Assembly (NCBI GenBank): GCA_963818475.1
Contig: CAWFSF010000002.1
Location: forward strand, 320,001-384,000
Length of the DNA: 64,000 nucleotides
From: Nitrospirota bacterium
Lineage (GTDB): Bacteria; Nitrospirota; UBA9217
Direction: 5' to 3'
Shown: positions 22,052 through 33,256 of the stretch, piece after piece
How the letters are laid out: every line of letters starts with the position of its first letter
How positions within the stretch are numbered: the first letter of the stretch is position 1
The notes under the pieces: generated by a model
The model's input: the letters and a program-made list of their open reading frames with translations, nothing else
Databases searched by the model: none
Told to the model about the DNA's origin: nothing
Translations under genes and position numbers: made by a program

Positions 22052-22704
22052 AGCTCATTGTCTCCCATATCACCAAGGCCTACGGCAGCAGAACGATCCT
22101 GAACGACTGCTCCTATGTCTTTGACAAGACCGGGACCTATGTGCTTATGGGCCCCAATGGCTGCGGCAAATCAACGTTCCTCAGGATCTGCGCGTTGCTC
22201 GAACAGCAGGACAGCGGAGATATCGCCTATTTTGACAACAGCACTGCACTCGCAAAAGACATAACGCTCAGGCGCAGACTGACCCTGGTGCTTCCCCGCA
22301 CCGGCGTGTTCAATACCACGGTATTCAAGAATGTTGCTTACGGCCTCAAGATACGGGGCCTCGATCACCCTGCGATAGAGCGGAAGGTGAAGGCTGCGCT
22401 CGATTTCGTCGGACTGGGGCCGAAAGCAGGCCAGCATGCCCGCACGCTTTCAAGCGGAGAGACCCAGCGGCTCGGCATCGCCCGCGCGCTGGTCCTGGAA
22501 CCCGAGGTCCTTTTCCTTGACGAGCCCACGGCATCCATTGACGAGGAAAACACGGAGATCATCGAGTCGATCATAGGAACCATGAGAAAAGAAGGCCGCT
22601 CAACGATCATCATGACCACGCACGACCGGGACCAGGCGAACCGGGTCGGTGACATTCAGCTGGTCATGAGGAACGGTAAGATAATAATCCAGGACCTGCA
22701 GTAG
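22048..22704 (+). CDS. tupC: Tungstate ABC transporter ATPase
   Basis: GPNGCGKST, LSSGETQR, FLDEPTAS; start overlaps the tupB stop. Confidence 0.85.
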   Translation: MKLIVSHITKAYGSRTILNDCSYVFDKTGTYVLMGPNGCGKSTFLRICALLEQQDSGDIAYFDNSTALAKDITLRRRLTLVLPRTGVFNTTVFKNVAYGLKIRGLDHPAIERKVKAALDFVGLGPKAGQHARTLSSGETQRLGIARALVLEPEVLFLDEPTASIDEENTEIIESIIGTMRKEGRSTIIMTTHDRDQANRVGDIQLVMRNGKIIIQDLQ

Positions 22705-22960
22705 TACCTTGTCTGCCGCGCACTCACTTCCCGAAAAAACCGAACAATTTTTGCCACGAAGACACGAAGGCACTAAGAAAAACTGGATGTTTGTGTAGCC
22801 CATTTGTTTAACGCTGTCTTCGTGTCTTAGTGCCTTCATGGCAGAATTATTTTTTCATAGAATTTCGTTCTTCGGAAACTAACTGAAAAGACTTTACGGA
22901 CCTTTGGTGTTTATCTTGTTGGTTGCGGTTTTCCTTGAGATTGTGTAAGATTGCACATCC

Positions 22961-23896
22961 ATGGGCTACTACCTTCTCAAACGGATTCTCCTCTTCATCC
23001 CGACGCTCCTCGGCATCACGCTCATCACGTTCGTCCTGATGCAGGCGTTGCCGGGCGATCCGGTAGCGGGCATGGCAGGAGAACGGGCCACTGCAGAAAC
23101 CATTGCACGGATCAGGTCGGAGCTCGGCCAGGACCGGCCCTTGCCGCTGCAGTTCATCGGCTATGTGAAACTTCTTGCCACCGGTGAACTTGGCCGCTCG
23201 TACTACACCAACCGGAAGATCTCGGATGACCTGCTCCAGAAGTTTCCGAACACGCTCAGGCTCGCTTTGGCAGCCATGCTCTTCGCTTCGATCTTCGGGA
23301 TCGGACTCGGAACGCTTGCAGCTGTCAAGCGCGGAACCAGATGGGACCGACTCATCGCGTTCGTTACCGTGGGCGGCATCTCGGTCCCGGTCTTCTGGCT
23401 CGGACTGGCGCTCATGCTGATCTTCTCGCTGTACCTCCGGGTGCTGCCGCCGTCGGGCATGGGCAACGGCCGTCTCGAATACCTGATCCTTCCTGCCATC
23501 ACGCTCGGCACGTTTTCGCTGTCCTACATCGCACGGGTTACGCGCTCATCCATGCTCGAATCACTCTCGCAACCCTACATTGCTGCGGCGCGCGCCAAGG
23601 GGCTTTCCGAGACAAAAGTGGTGCTGAAGCATGCGCTCAAAAACTCCCTTATCCCGATCGTGACGCTCATCGGCCTTGACCTCGGTTCCTATTTGAACGG
23701 CGCTGTCTTGACCGAGACCATCTTCGGCTGGGACGGCCTCGGCCGCTACGCCCTGGACGGCATCCTGAAGCGCGACTATCCCGTGATCATGGGCGTCGTG
23801 CTGTTCGGCGCTTTTATTTTTGTGACCATGAATCTGCTGGTCGATCTCTCGTATCATGTGCTTGACCCGCGCGTGAGGATAAAGAGTGGGGACTGA
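22961..23896 (+). CDS. dppB: Peptide ABC transporter permease, DppB/OppB
   Basis: PGDPV, ARAKGLSE..KHALKNS, TETIFGWDGLG, RDYPV. Confidence 0.9.
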   Translation: MGYYLLKRILLFIPTLLGITLITFVLMQALPGDPVAGMAGERATAETIARIRSELGQDRPLPLQFIGYVKLLATGELGRSYYTNRKISDDLLQKFPNTLRLALAAMLFASIFGIGLGTLAAVKRGTRWDRLIAFVTVGGISVPVFWLGLALMLIFSLYLRVLPPSGMGNGRLEYLILPAITLGTFSLSYIARVTRSSMLESLSQPYIAAARAKGLSETKVVLKHALKNSLIPIVTLIGLDLGSYLNGAVLTETIFGWDGLGRYALDGILKRDYPVIMGVVLFGAFIFVTMNLLVDLSYHVLDPRVRIKSGD

Positions 23897-24030
23897 AAAA
23901 AACAAATGAATTTTGACACTGATAAGGACTGATTATCTATGACACATCATGCTTCTTCATAGCTTGTCAGCGTTTATCAGTGTCAGAGAATTTTTTACCC
24001 TTGTTTAAAAATCTGATTCTTTAGTTTCTT

Positions 24031-24873
24031 ATGCCTATGCGCGCTACTGGTTTACTGAACGAACTGAGATCAAACCTGCCCGCCATGACGGCCGCGGTTC
24101 TGCTTACGCTGCTCGCACTAACTGCAATTGCCGGCCCGTGGCTTGTTTCCGCTGACCCGCTCTTCATGGACCTGGAGCACTTGAAGGAGCCGCCGAGCGC
24201 AACCCACTGGCTCGGCACGGACAGCACCGGCCGGGACATCCTGTCGCGCATCGTTTCGGGCGCGCGCATCTCGCTCGCCGTCGGCATCATCGCTTCTGTT
24301 CTTTCTCTCAGTATCGGCATCTGCTTCGGACTGATAGCCGGGTACTTCGGCGGCAAAGTGGATGCGTTCCTGTCCCAGGTCTTCGACATCTTTCTCGCGT
24401 TCCCAAGCCTGATCCTGGCCATCGGCATCAGCGCGGTCATGCCGCCGGGGCTCACCTCTGCCATGCTTGCCATCACCCTCGTGGGCTGGTCGGGCTTTGC
24501 CCGTCTTGTGCGCGGCATTACGCTTTCGCTCAGGGAGCAGACCTACGTCGAGGCATCGCGGGCCATTGGCGCCTCGAACGCACGGATCCTTTTCCGCCAC
24601 ATCCTGCCGAATGCGCTTCCCCTGATCCTCGTTGCCGGCAGTTTGCGCGTGGGCGGGTTCATCCTGCTCGAAGCTGCTCTCTCGTTCTTAGGGCTCGGCG
24701 TCCAGCCCCCGACGCCCACCTGGGGATCAATGATCAGTCTGAACCGCGCCTACATCAACTCAGCTCCCTGGATGGTGATCTTCCCGGGCCTTGCTATCAG
24801 CATCACGGTGATCAGCTTTAACATGCTGGGCGACTTTCTGCGCGATAAGCTTGATCCGAGGATGCAGGTGTAG
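24031..24873 (+). CDS. dppC: Peptide ABC transporter permease, DppC/OppC
   Basis: HWLGTDSTGRD, YVEASRAIGAS, HILPN, LGLGVQPPTPTWG. Confidence 0.9.
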   Translation: MPMRATGLLNELRSNLPAMTAAVLLTLLALTAIAGPWLVSADPLFMDLEHLKEPPSATHWLGTDSTGRDILSRIVSGARISLAVGIIASVLSLSIGICFGLIAGYFGGKVDAFLSQVFDIFLAFPSLILAIGISAVMPPGLTSAMLAITLVGWSGFARLVRGITLSLREQTYVEASRAIGASNARILFRHILPNALPLILVAGSLRVGGFILLEAALSFLGLGVQPPTPTWGSMISLNRAYINSAPWMVIFPGLAISITVISFNMLGDFLRDKLDPRMQV

Positions 24874-25000
24874 TGCAATCCATCGAAACTCGCACAGCAG
24901 TAGGTTTACTTTTCTTTTTATGCGACTGCCTGCAAACACTCTCGCAGATCATGACAATATCAGTTTATAAATCATCGGATTAGTGTTAATATACGAAATT

Positions 25001-25813
25001 ATGATCGACAGCATCCGCGCAAAGAAATCCCTTGGCCAAAACTTTCTCAAAGACCCGCTCTATCTTTGTAAGATCGCTGACGCTGCACAGGTCGGGCCGG
25101 ATGATCAAGTGCTCGAGATCGGCCCTGGGCTCGGCCATCTGACAGAGGTGCTTGCAAAGCGTGCGCAGCGCGTCCTCGCCCTCGAACTGGACACGCGGCT
25201 TATCCCGGTGCTGGAACGCCAATTCTCCGGGCAGGAGCACGTTGCGATCGTGCACGCTGACGCGCTCGATTACCCCTATGGTGAACTAACCGGCAGGTGG
25301 AAGGCTGTTGCGAACCTTCCCTACTATATTTCGACGCCGATCATTCAACTCCTGATCGATCACCGCGACAAATTCTCGACCCTTACGCTGCTGCTCCAAA
25401 AAGAGGTTGCCCAGCGGATCGCGTCGCCACCGGGAAGCAAGGAGTACGGATTTCTCTCCGTGCTCGTCCAGCTGTCTGCCGAGCCGCGGGTCGAATTCAT
25501 GGTCCCGGCAGGCGCGTTCACCCCGGTACCCAAAGTGGATTCAGCCGTCGTCACCCTCAGAATGCGCGAACACCCGGCAGCATGCAAAACCGACAAAGCC
25601 TTCCTGATCAGCCTGCTCAAGGCTGTTTTTTCGCAGCGCAGAAAAACGTTACGCAATGGGCTGAAGCCCCTTGCCATACCGCTCGAACGTCTCGACGCCG
25701 TGCCCGCACAGACAGGAATCGACCTGACCCGAAGAGCTGAAACGCTGAGCATTCTGGAATTCTGCGCTCTTGCCGACTTTTTACGAGAACAGCAAGCGTC
25801 CTTGAGCTCCTGA
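25001..25813 (+). CDS. rsmA: 16S rRNA dimethyladenosine transferase
   Basis: KKSLGQNFL, EIGPGLG, ANLPYYISTP, PKVDSAV, QRRKTLRN. Confidence 0.95.
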   Translation: MIDSIRAKKSLGQNFLKDPLYLCKIADAAQVGPDDQVLEIGPGLGHLTEVLAKRAQRVLALELDTRLIPVLERQFSGQEHVAIVHADALDYPYGELTGRWKAVANLPYYISTPIIQLLIDHRDKFSTLTLLLQKEVAQRIASPPGSKEYGFLSVLVQLSAEPRVEFMVPAGAFTPVPKVDSAVVTLRMREHPAACKTDKAFLISLLKAVFSQRRKTLRNGLKPLAIPLERLDAVPAQTGIDLTRRAETLSILEFCALADFLREQQASLSS

Positions 25814-25857
25814 TCACCCCAGCGCAGGCGCAGCCCGTTTTTACAGCCCTTTTTGCC

Positions 25858-25885
25858 TTGACATTTACCTGTCGTACCCTATAAT
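25858..25885 (+). promoter_or_regulatory. Sigma-70 promoter for gmhA
   Basis: TTGACA-N16-TATAAT upstream of a GGAGG RBS. Confidence 0.6.
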
Positions 25886-25910
25886 AATCAGCGTTGCGGA
25901 GGGGCTGGCC

Positions 25911-26492
25911 ATGAAAGATGCTATCATCCATGCATTTGAAGAGAGCGCGCAGGTCAAGGTAGCATTTGTGCGCGATAACGTCGACAAGATCGTCGAGGTG
26001 GTGCAGCTGATTGCCCAGGCGTTCCGGGAAGGGAAGAAGGTGCTCCTGTTCGGGAACGGCGGCAGTGCCACTGACGCGTCCCATATTGCAGCCGAGTTCG
26101 TGAACCGCTTCCTGATGGAGCGGCCGCCGCTGCCGGCCATCGCGCTGAACACGGATGTGGCGGTCCTCACGAGCATCAGCAACGATTACGACTATTCACA
26201 GGTGTTCTCGAAGCAGCTCAGCGCCCTGGGGCACGAAGGCGACGTGGTGATCGCGATCAGCACGAGCGGCAACTCGTTGAACGTCATCAAGGCCCTGGAT
26301 GTGGCAAAAAAGAACCATATGAAGACCGTAGTACTGACCGGCGGGACCGGTGGCAAGCTGGCGAACACGGCCGACTACACCTTCATCGTTAAAACCAAGC
26401 ATACGCCTCGGATCCAGGAGACGCACATTACCCTGGGCCACACCATCTGCCAGATGGTGGACGAAGAACTCTTCGGGAACCACCACAAATAA
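25911..26492 (+). CDS. gmhA: Phosphoheptose isomerase
   Basis: GNGGSATDASHIAAE, ISNDY, ISTSGNS, RIQETH. Confidence 0.95.
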   Translation: MKDAIIHAFEESAQVKVAFVRDNVDKIVEVVQLIAQAFREGKKVLLFGNGGSATDASHIAAEFVNRFLMERPPLPAIALNTDVAVLTSISNDYDYSQVFSKQLSALGHEGDVVIAISTSGNSLNVIKALDVAKKNHMKTVVLTGGTGGKLANTADYTFIVKTKHTPRIQETHITLGHTICQMVDEELFGNHHK

Positions 26493-26497
26493 TCCCC

Positions 26498-27427
26498 ATG
26501 AAAAAGCTCGACACCTCCGGAATAAAGACCTACTCCCTCAGAGACCGCCCAAGCAAGGTGCGGATCGGTGATTTCGCAAAACCCCATCGCCCCGGAGCAA
26601 GCTTTCAGGATTTTTTCTCATCCCTCCCGAACATTCTCGGCGCTCAGCATTTGAAGGACGTGGTAGCCGCTCTGGTCCAGGCCCGCAAGGACCAGCGGCC
26701 GGTCATGCTCGGCATGGGCGCCCACTCGATCAAAGTCGGCCTGAACCCGGTGATCATCGACCTGATGGAACGGGGGATCATTACGAGCCTTTCCCTGAAC
26801 GGGGCCGGCATCATTCACGACTTCGAGCTTGCTTTCGTCGGCCAGACATCGGAGGACGTGGACAAGGAGATCCTTTCCGGCGCGTTCGGCATGGCGGAAG
26901 AGACCGGCAGGATGCTGAACCAGGCGATCGCATCAGCATCCGGAGATGAAGGTATCGGGGCATGCGTCGGCAGGATGATCCATGCGGGAGACTTCCCGTA
27001 CAAGGACAAAAGCCTGCTTGCCGCCGGCCACCGGCTGAACGTGCCAATCACGGTCCATGTTGCCATCGGCACGGACATCATCCATATGCACCCGTCCTTT
27101 GACGGGCGCGCCCTGGGAGCAGCTGCGCACCGCGACTTTCTCGCCTTCTGCGCGCTCGTGTCGGAACTCGAAGGAGGCGCCTATATCAACCTCGGCTCCG
27201 CCGTGCTTTTGCCCGAGATCTTCCTCAAGGCCGTGACGCTCTGCCGCAACCTCGGCCATCCGCTGCAGCACTTCACGACCGTGAACATGGACTTTGTGCA
27301 GCACTACCGGCCGAACACCAATGTGGTGCGCCGTCCCACTCAGGGAGGTGGCAGAGGTTTTGCCCTGACCGGCCACCACGAGATCATGCTCCCCCTGCTT
27401 GCCGCTGCCCTGATCGAACAGTTCTAG
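26498..27427 (+). CDS. Deoxyhypusine-synthase-like conserved hypothetical protein
   Basis: MGAHSIKVGL, NGAGIIHDFE, HVAIGTDIIH, GSAVLLPEIFLKA, GHHEIMLP. Confidence 0.65.
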   Translation: MKKLDTSGIKTYSLRDRPSKVRIGDFAKPHRPGASFQDFFSSLPNILGAQHLKDVVAALVQARKDQRPVMLGMGAHSIKVGLNPVIIDLMERGIITSLSLNGAGIIHDFELAFVGQTSEDVDKEILSGAFGMAEETGRMLNQAIASASGDEGIGACVGRMIHAGDFPYKDKSLLAAGHRLNVPITVHVAIGTDIIHMHPSFDGRALGAAAHRDFLAFCALVSELEGGAYINLGSAVLLPEIFLKAVTLCRNLGHPLQHFTTVNMDFVQHYRPNTNVVRRPTQGGGRGFALTGHHEIMLPLLAAALIEQF

Positions 27428-27689
27428 CCACCTCGCGTACACAGAGCCGCTCAATTCCGCACATCCCTGCCCGAAATCATGCACTCAGAAACGGTCCTTC
27501 TGGGCGCAGCGAAGAATCTCGATTTCCCTTAATTGATGATCTCGTAAAAAGTCATGATCTACCACGGAGGCGCGGAGACGCGGAGAAATGCATAATGAAA
27601 ATAAGAGGGATTTTCTCTGCGCCTCTGCGTCTCAGCGGCTAAAATTCTATTTGTGAGCTGCAGACACTGGCGTGAGAGAGGGTGGGGAG

Positions 27690-30309
27690 TTATGATGCAG
27701 GTCCGTTGATGACCCTGTGCACCGCTTCGCTCAGGTCCTTGATCCTGAACGGCTTGGCAAGAACACCGCTGAAACCGAACTTCCGGTATTCGGCCATGAC
27801 CGGGTCCTTGGAGTATCCGCTCGAAACGATGGCCTTCACGTTTGGATCGATCTCGATCAGCTTCTTCACCGCATCCTTGCCGCCCATGCCGCCCGCAATG
27901 GTAAGGTCCATGATGACAGCGTCGAAGGGGGTCCCGCGCTGGCCCAGGGCATTCCGGTATAGTTCGACGGCCTCTGCGCCGTCCTCGGCAAAGGTCACGT
28001 CGTATCCAAGGCGCACCAGGATGTCACGCATGGTCGTACGGATCGTCTCCTCATCATCCATGACCAGCACCCTGCCATGCCCGGTCATGATGCTTTCAGC
28101 CTCTGTCCTTGCCGGAAGGCGCTTTTTCTCCGTCGCCGGAAGGTAGAGCCGGAAGGTCGTCCCTTTCCCGAGCGTGGACTCGAGGGTAATGTGACCGCCA
28201 TGCTTATTGATGATGGAGTACGTGACCGCCAGACCCAGGCCGCTGCCGCGCTGTTTGGTCGTAAAATAGGGGTCGAACACCTTGGCCAGATGTTCTTTCG
28301 AAATGCCGGTCCCGTGGTCGGCGATCGTTATCAGAACGTATTTTCCGGCTTTCAGGGGCGGGACCGCCTGGGCGTCCAGCATACTGTTCTCGCAACGCAC
28401 GGTGATGACCCCGCCTTCGGGCATGGCCTGATCGGCATTGATCAGCAGATTGTTGATCACCTGCGTCATCTGCACCTCGTCGGCCTCAATGAGCCAAAGA
28501 TCGTCGGGAAGCTGCAATTCATGGCTGACGCGCGATCCGCGAAGCGCAAACCCGGCTGATTCCCGGATGAGCTCGGCAAGAGACGCGACGGTCTTGACCG
28601 GCGTGCCGCCTTTGGAGAAGGTCAGGAGCTGCTGCGTCAGGTCCCGTGCCCGGAGCGATGCCTGTTCCGCCTCGGCCAGGTGCCGGTGCGCCCGGTCCGC
28701 GGGCGGGATGTCCATCTTGGCGAGCGAGACATTGCCCATGACCGACGCGAGCAGATTATTGAAGTCGTGGGCGATGCCACCTGCCAGGATTCCCAGCGAT
28801 TCCAGTTTTTGGGCGCGCAGCAGATCGCCTTCGACCTTCTCACGCTCGGCGATCTCGCGTTTCAGGCGCACATTCGCCGCGGTCAGCTCGATCGTACGCT
28901 CATCGACCAGGTCAAGGAGGCGCTCACGGTGATCGCGCAGTTCATTTTCGACGCGCTTGCGCTCCGTCATGTCCCTCATGATCCCGATCATGGCAATGGG
29001 CTCGTCCTGGTCGTTTTTGATCAGGGCAGTGGCCAGCCATATGGGAAACGCCGTGCCGTCCTTGTGCAGGACCATGATCTCGCCGCTCCAGCGGCCTTCT
29101 TTCCTGATGCAGGGAACGATCACGCGCGAAGCAAAGTCCTTGTCCACGTTCATGGTATTGACGTGTTTGCCCACAAGCTCTGTCTGGGAATATCCGTAGA
29201 TCTCCATAACGGCCTTGTTGGAGTACAGAATGTATCCTCTGAGATCGGTGATCTGAACGCCGTCCATGGCCTCTTCAATGGCTCCCGAGAACAGCTTTAC
29301 CTTTTCCTCGGCCTGTTTGCGCTGGGTAATGTCACGGATAATGCCGGTCGAGAACCAGCGGCCCTTGATCTGGATGGCTGACAGGGAAACCTCGACCGGG
29401 AAATCCGTGCCGTTCTTCCGCAGGGCCTGCAGCTCCACGGTCTTGCCGAGCACACTGCCCTCGCCTGACTGCTGGAACTGCGTGACCCCCCTCTGATAAG
29501 CGGTGTGATAGCTTCGCGGCGCAATCAGCAGGTGCAGTTCCTTGCCTAGGGCCTCGCATGCAGGATGGCCGAAGGTCTGTTCGGCAGCCGGGTTCCAGAA
29601 AACGATCCTTCCTTCGTCATCCATCATGATAATGGCATCTTTTGCCGTGTCAGCGATCGTGTGCAGCGTTTTTTCGCTTTCGCGGAGCAGCGTCTCAGCG
29701 CTCTTGCGGTCGGTAATGTCCCGCACCAGCTCAATGCCGGCGATCATCTCGGCCTGATGAATCCTTGAGCGGTGACGCAGTGATCTCGATGGATCGGTCG
29801 TTTTCATCGCCGGCCATGCTCTTTTCGAGCGAATGGATATGCCCATCCTGGAACGCACGCTGCACGGGACAACCGGGGCAGACCTGGTCGAGTTTTCCGT
29901 AGGCCTCGTAGCAAAGTTCACCCAGATGCTCCCCGGTCATTTTTTTATGCGCCGGGTTTTGATACAAAATCCTGTAGCTGGTGCCCTGGATGCTGATCCC
30001 GTCGCCAATGGCCCCCAGCACCGCTTCGGTTCTCGCCTTTTCATCAGCAAGCTTTACATAAGCCGCCTGCAGCTGTTCATCTGCCTGTCTGCGGCGTGCC
30101 ATGATGCGGGAGATCAGGATGCCGAAGACGATGAATGCGACGAGGAAGAGCGACCGGAAGTAGAGCTCGTGAAATGAAACTTCGAATAGCAAGGAATCCA
30201 GGAGCAGTCCGTGCGAAAAAAAGACCGAATCAATGAGTGCGTCAACGACCCAGAGCGATATGCCGCCGAACGCGGACAGGAGAATGATCTTTTTTTCTTC
30301 CTTGGACAT
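27690..30309 (-). CDS. Membrane-bound hybrid sensor histidine kinase, 3x PAS-HisKA-HATPase-REC (frameshift near 29750)
   Basis: N-terminal TMs, PAS repeats, GGIAHDFNNLL, DPYFTTK..GSGLGL, VLVMDDE..IMDLT. Confidence 0.9.
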
Positions 30310-30404
30310 TATTAAAACACCTTTATGGATCTGAAGAAATTCTGTTTTTTCAAGCCTGCAATTGCTATCAGCGGGCTTTGCTCAGAAGCTTAATCCTAAA
30401 AACA

Positions 30405-30571
30405 GCATTTGGACACGGAAGAATCGGAAACATCTGATTACCAGAAGTAGGCGCTTCTAAGCGACGCGGATAAATTCTAAAGCAAAGCATTCACCTATTG
30501 GGTGAACCTCTTATAAAAGAAATAATCCGCCGTTATCCGGCTCTTATCCGTGTTAATCCGTGTCCAAATGC
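30405..30571 (+). mobile_element. MITE-like element with 15-bp terminal inverted repeats and a 23-nt insertion
   Basis: GCATTTGGACACGGA...TCCGTGTCCAAATGC; near-identical to 59150..59293. Confidence 0.75.
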
Positions 30572-30770
30572 TTTTTAAGGTTTATAATAACAAATCAGAA
30601 CCACTGAGTACATAGAAAAATTCAGCTTGATCATCAGATGCTCCGCTAAAAATCAATATCCAACGGAGGAGTATCTTGAAGGTAGCGGGGGAAGAAGCTC
30701 AAGGAATTTCTGGAAATTAGTGATCAGTGGCCCGTTTGGAGGTCAAAAGAGGCCACATAAAAGGCACAAA

Positions 30771-30806
30771 TAATAAAATCCCATGCCGGAATGCCGGCAT
30801 GGGATT
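30771..30806 (-). terminator. Terminator after fhs
   Basis: aatcccatgccgg-aatg-ccggcatgggatt stem followed by TTTATT on the minus strand. Confidence 0.75.
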
Positions 30807-30832
30807 GTGTATTTCGCTTCGCAATCCAGTAC

Positions 30833-32601
30833 TTAGAATACGCCTTTGACCTTCCCGGTCTCCACGTCCACATCCACGCGGCGATACGCCGGGTCTGACG
30901 CCGTGCCGGGCATCAGCGTGATGGTGCCGGCCACCGGGACCACGAAACCTGCTCCTTTGAAGGTCAGGATGTCGCGGATCCGGAGCCTCCAGCCCTTGGG
31001 CACACCCTTGAGGTTCGGGTTGTCCGTGAGCGACAGATGGGTCTTGACCATGCAGACGCCCATCTTGGCGAGCTCGGGATCGGCTTCCAGCTTCTTGGCC
31101 TTGGCCTCTGCCTCGGGCGTGTAGTCCACGCCGTCGGCGCCGTACACTTCCTTGGCGATCAGCTCGATGCGCTGTCGGAGCGGCGTCGCAGAGCTCGTAG
31201 AGGAACTTGAAGTCGTTCTTCTCGTTGCAGGCGTCGATGACCGCATCGGCGAATTCCAGGGCGCCGTCGCCGCCCTTTTCCCAGTGGCGGGACAGGGCCA
31301 CGCGCGCGCCGGCTGCTTCGGCCAGCCTGCGCACGGCCTTGATCTCGTTGTCCGTGTCGGTGTAGAAGGCGTTGATGCAGACCACCGGGTTGATGCCCGA
31401 CTTCTTAGCGACCTTGATGTGGTGGATCAGGTTGTCGCAGCCCTTCTCGACCCAGCCCACGTTCTCGCCCTTGTACTCGTCGGCATGGGCTTGCCCGGCA
31501 CCGGGATCGGCGCGCCGCCGTGGCACTTGAGCGCGCGGATGGTGGCGACGATCACCGCGGCGTGCGGCTTGAGGCCCGACATGCGGCACTTGAGGTTCCA
31601 GAACTTCTCGAACCCGATGTCGGCGGCAAAGCCGGACTCGGTGACGACGTAGTCGCCGAGCTTGAGGCCGACGCGGTCGGCGATGATCGACGACTGGCCG
31701 ATGGCGATGTTGGCGAAGGGGCCGGCATGCACGAACACGGGCTGGCCTTCGATGGTCTGGAGCAGGTTCGGGTTCAGGGCCTCGACCATCCAGGCGGTCA
31801 TGGCGCCGGCAACGCCGAGGTCCTCGGTGGTGACCGGCGTGCCGTCCTTGCTCGTAGGCGACGACGATCCTGCCCATGCGCTCGCGCATGTCCTTGAGGT
31901 CCTTGGCGACGGCCAGGATCGCCATCACTTCCGACGACACGGCAATGGCGAAGCCGGACTTCATCATGAAGCCGTTCGACTTGCCGCCCATGCCGATGAT
32001 GATCTCGCGGAGGGACTGGGCGCAGAAGTCGATGATCCACTTCATCTCGACGTTGTGGGGATCGATGTTGAGCCGCTTCAGCTTTCGCTTGGCAAGCTGC
32101 TCGTCGTTGTAGTTGAACTCATGCTGCATGCGCGAGGTGAGCGCCACCATGGCCAGGTTGTGGGCGTTCATGATGGCGTTGATGTCGCCGGTGAGGCCCA
32201 GCGAGAACGGCGTGAGCGGGATGACCTGGGAGAGGCCGCCGCCGGCCGCGGAACCCTTGATGTTCATGGTCGGACCGCCCGAAGGCTGGCGGATCGCGGC
32301 GATCACGTTCTTGCCGCGCTTGCCCAGGCCCTGGGTCAGACCGATGGTCGAGGTGGACTTGCCTTCGCCCAGCGGGCGTCGGGCGTGATGGCCGTCACGT
32401 CGATGTACTTGCCGTCGGGCTTGTCCTTCAAGCCGCTTCAGCACCTTCTTGAAGTCCACCTTTGCGATATGGTGGCCATGCGGCAGCAGCTCTTCCGTCG
32501 TGCAGCCCCATCTTCGCCGCGATCTCGGCGATCGGCTTCATTCGCTTTTCCGATTCTTCTGCGATTTCCCAGTCTGCGTGCTTCGTTGGATCAAGTGCCA
32601 T
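30833..32601 (-). CDS. fhs: Formate-tetrahydrofolate ligase (several frameshifts)
   Basis: [57 protein letters not shown]. Confidence 0.93.
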
Positions 32602-32695
32602 GTCTAAACCTCCTGTAATTTTATGATTCAAGAATCAAATTCAATATTTTTAATATTGAGTGTTTCCTTTTGAATTGACCGCTCTTCAGAGGTCA

Positions 32696-33160
32696 TTAGT
32701 AGCTGATCAGAAGCTTCATGAGCTTTTCGTTCATGGAGTGCACGTTCTTGCTCGCGATGCGCGCGATGGTCTTCATGATCTTGTACATCATCATGCGTGT
32801 CGCTTTTTTCGAAGCGCTTTGAAGTCATCGGTCTTGAGCCGGAAGACCTCCGTGCCTTCGATGGCCGTTGCATCGCGCCGTGCATCTTTGTTTTCCTCGA
32901 TCACCGACAAGTTCGCCGAAGATGTGGTTTTCCGTCAGGATGGCGAGCGTCTGCTTCCAGCCGTCGGCCGTGATCTTCGAGATCTCCACCTTCCCGCTCT
33001 TGACGAGGTAGATCCCCTTGGTCGGCTCGCCTTCCTTGAAGATCGGCTTCCCCTTGGGATAGCTTCTCGACCGCGATCTTCTGGCGCCATCAATCCCGAG
33101 TTCGGCGTCGGTCAGGTCGCTGAAGAGCATCTGTTTCTTGAGTTCCGATTTGTCGGCCAT
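32696..33160 (-). CDS. Stand-alone cyclic-nucleotide-binding (Crp-type) domain protein without HTH (frameshifted)
   Basis: LFSDL, IFKEGEP..IYLVKSGKVEISK, IFGEL; C-terminal helix ends ..MKLLISY* in another frame. Confidence 0.8.
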
Positions 33161-33256
33161 TGTTGCCTCCTTGCTGAATAACCGCTGATGTTAACTATAC
33201 GATGCGACGCTGTGTCTCTGTATGTTTCGTCCCTGCGTCCATCATCCCTCTGGAGC

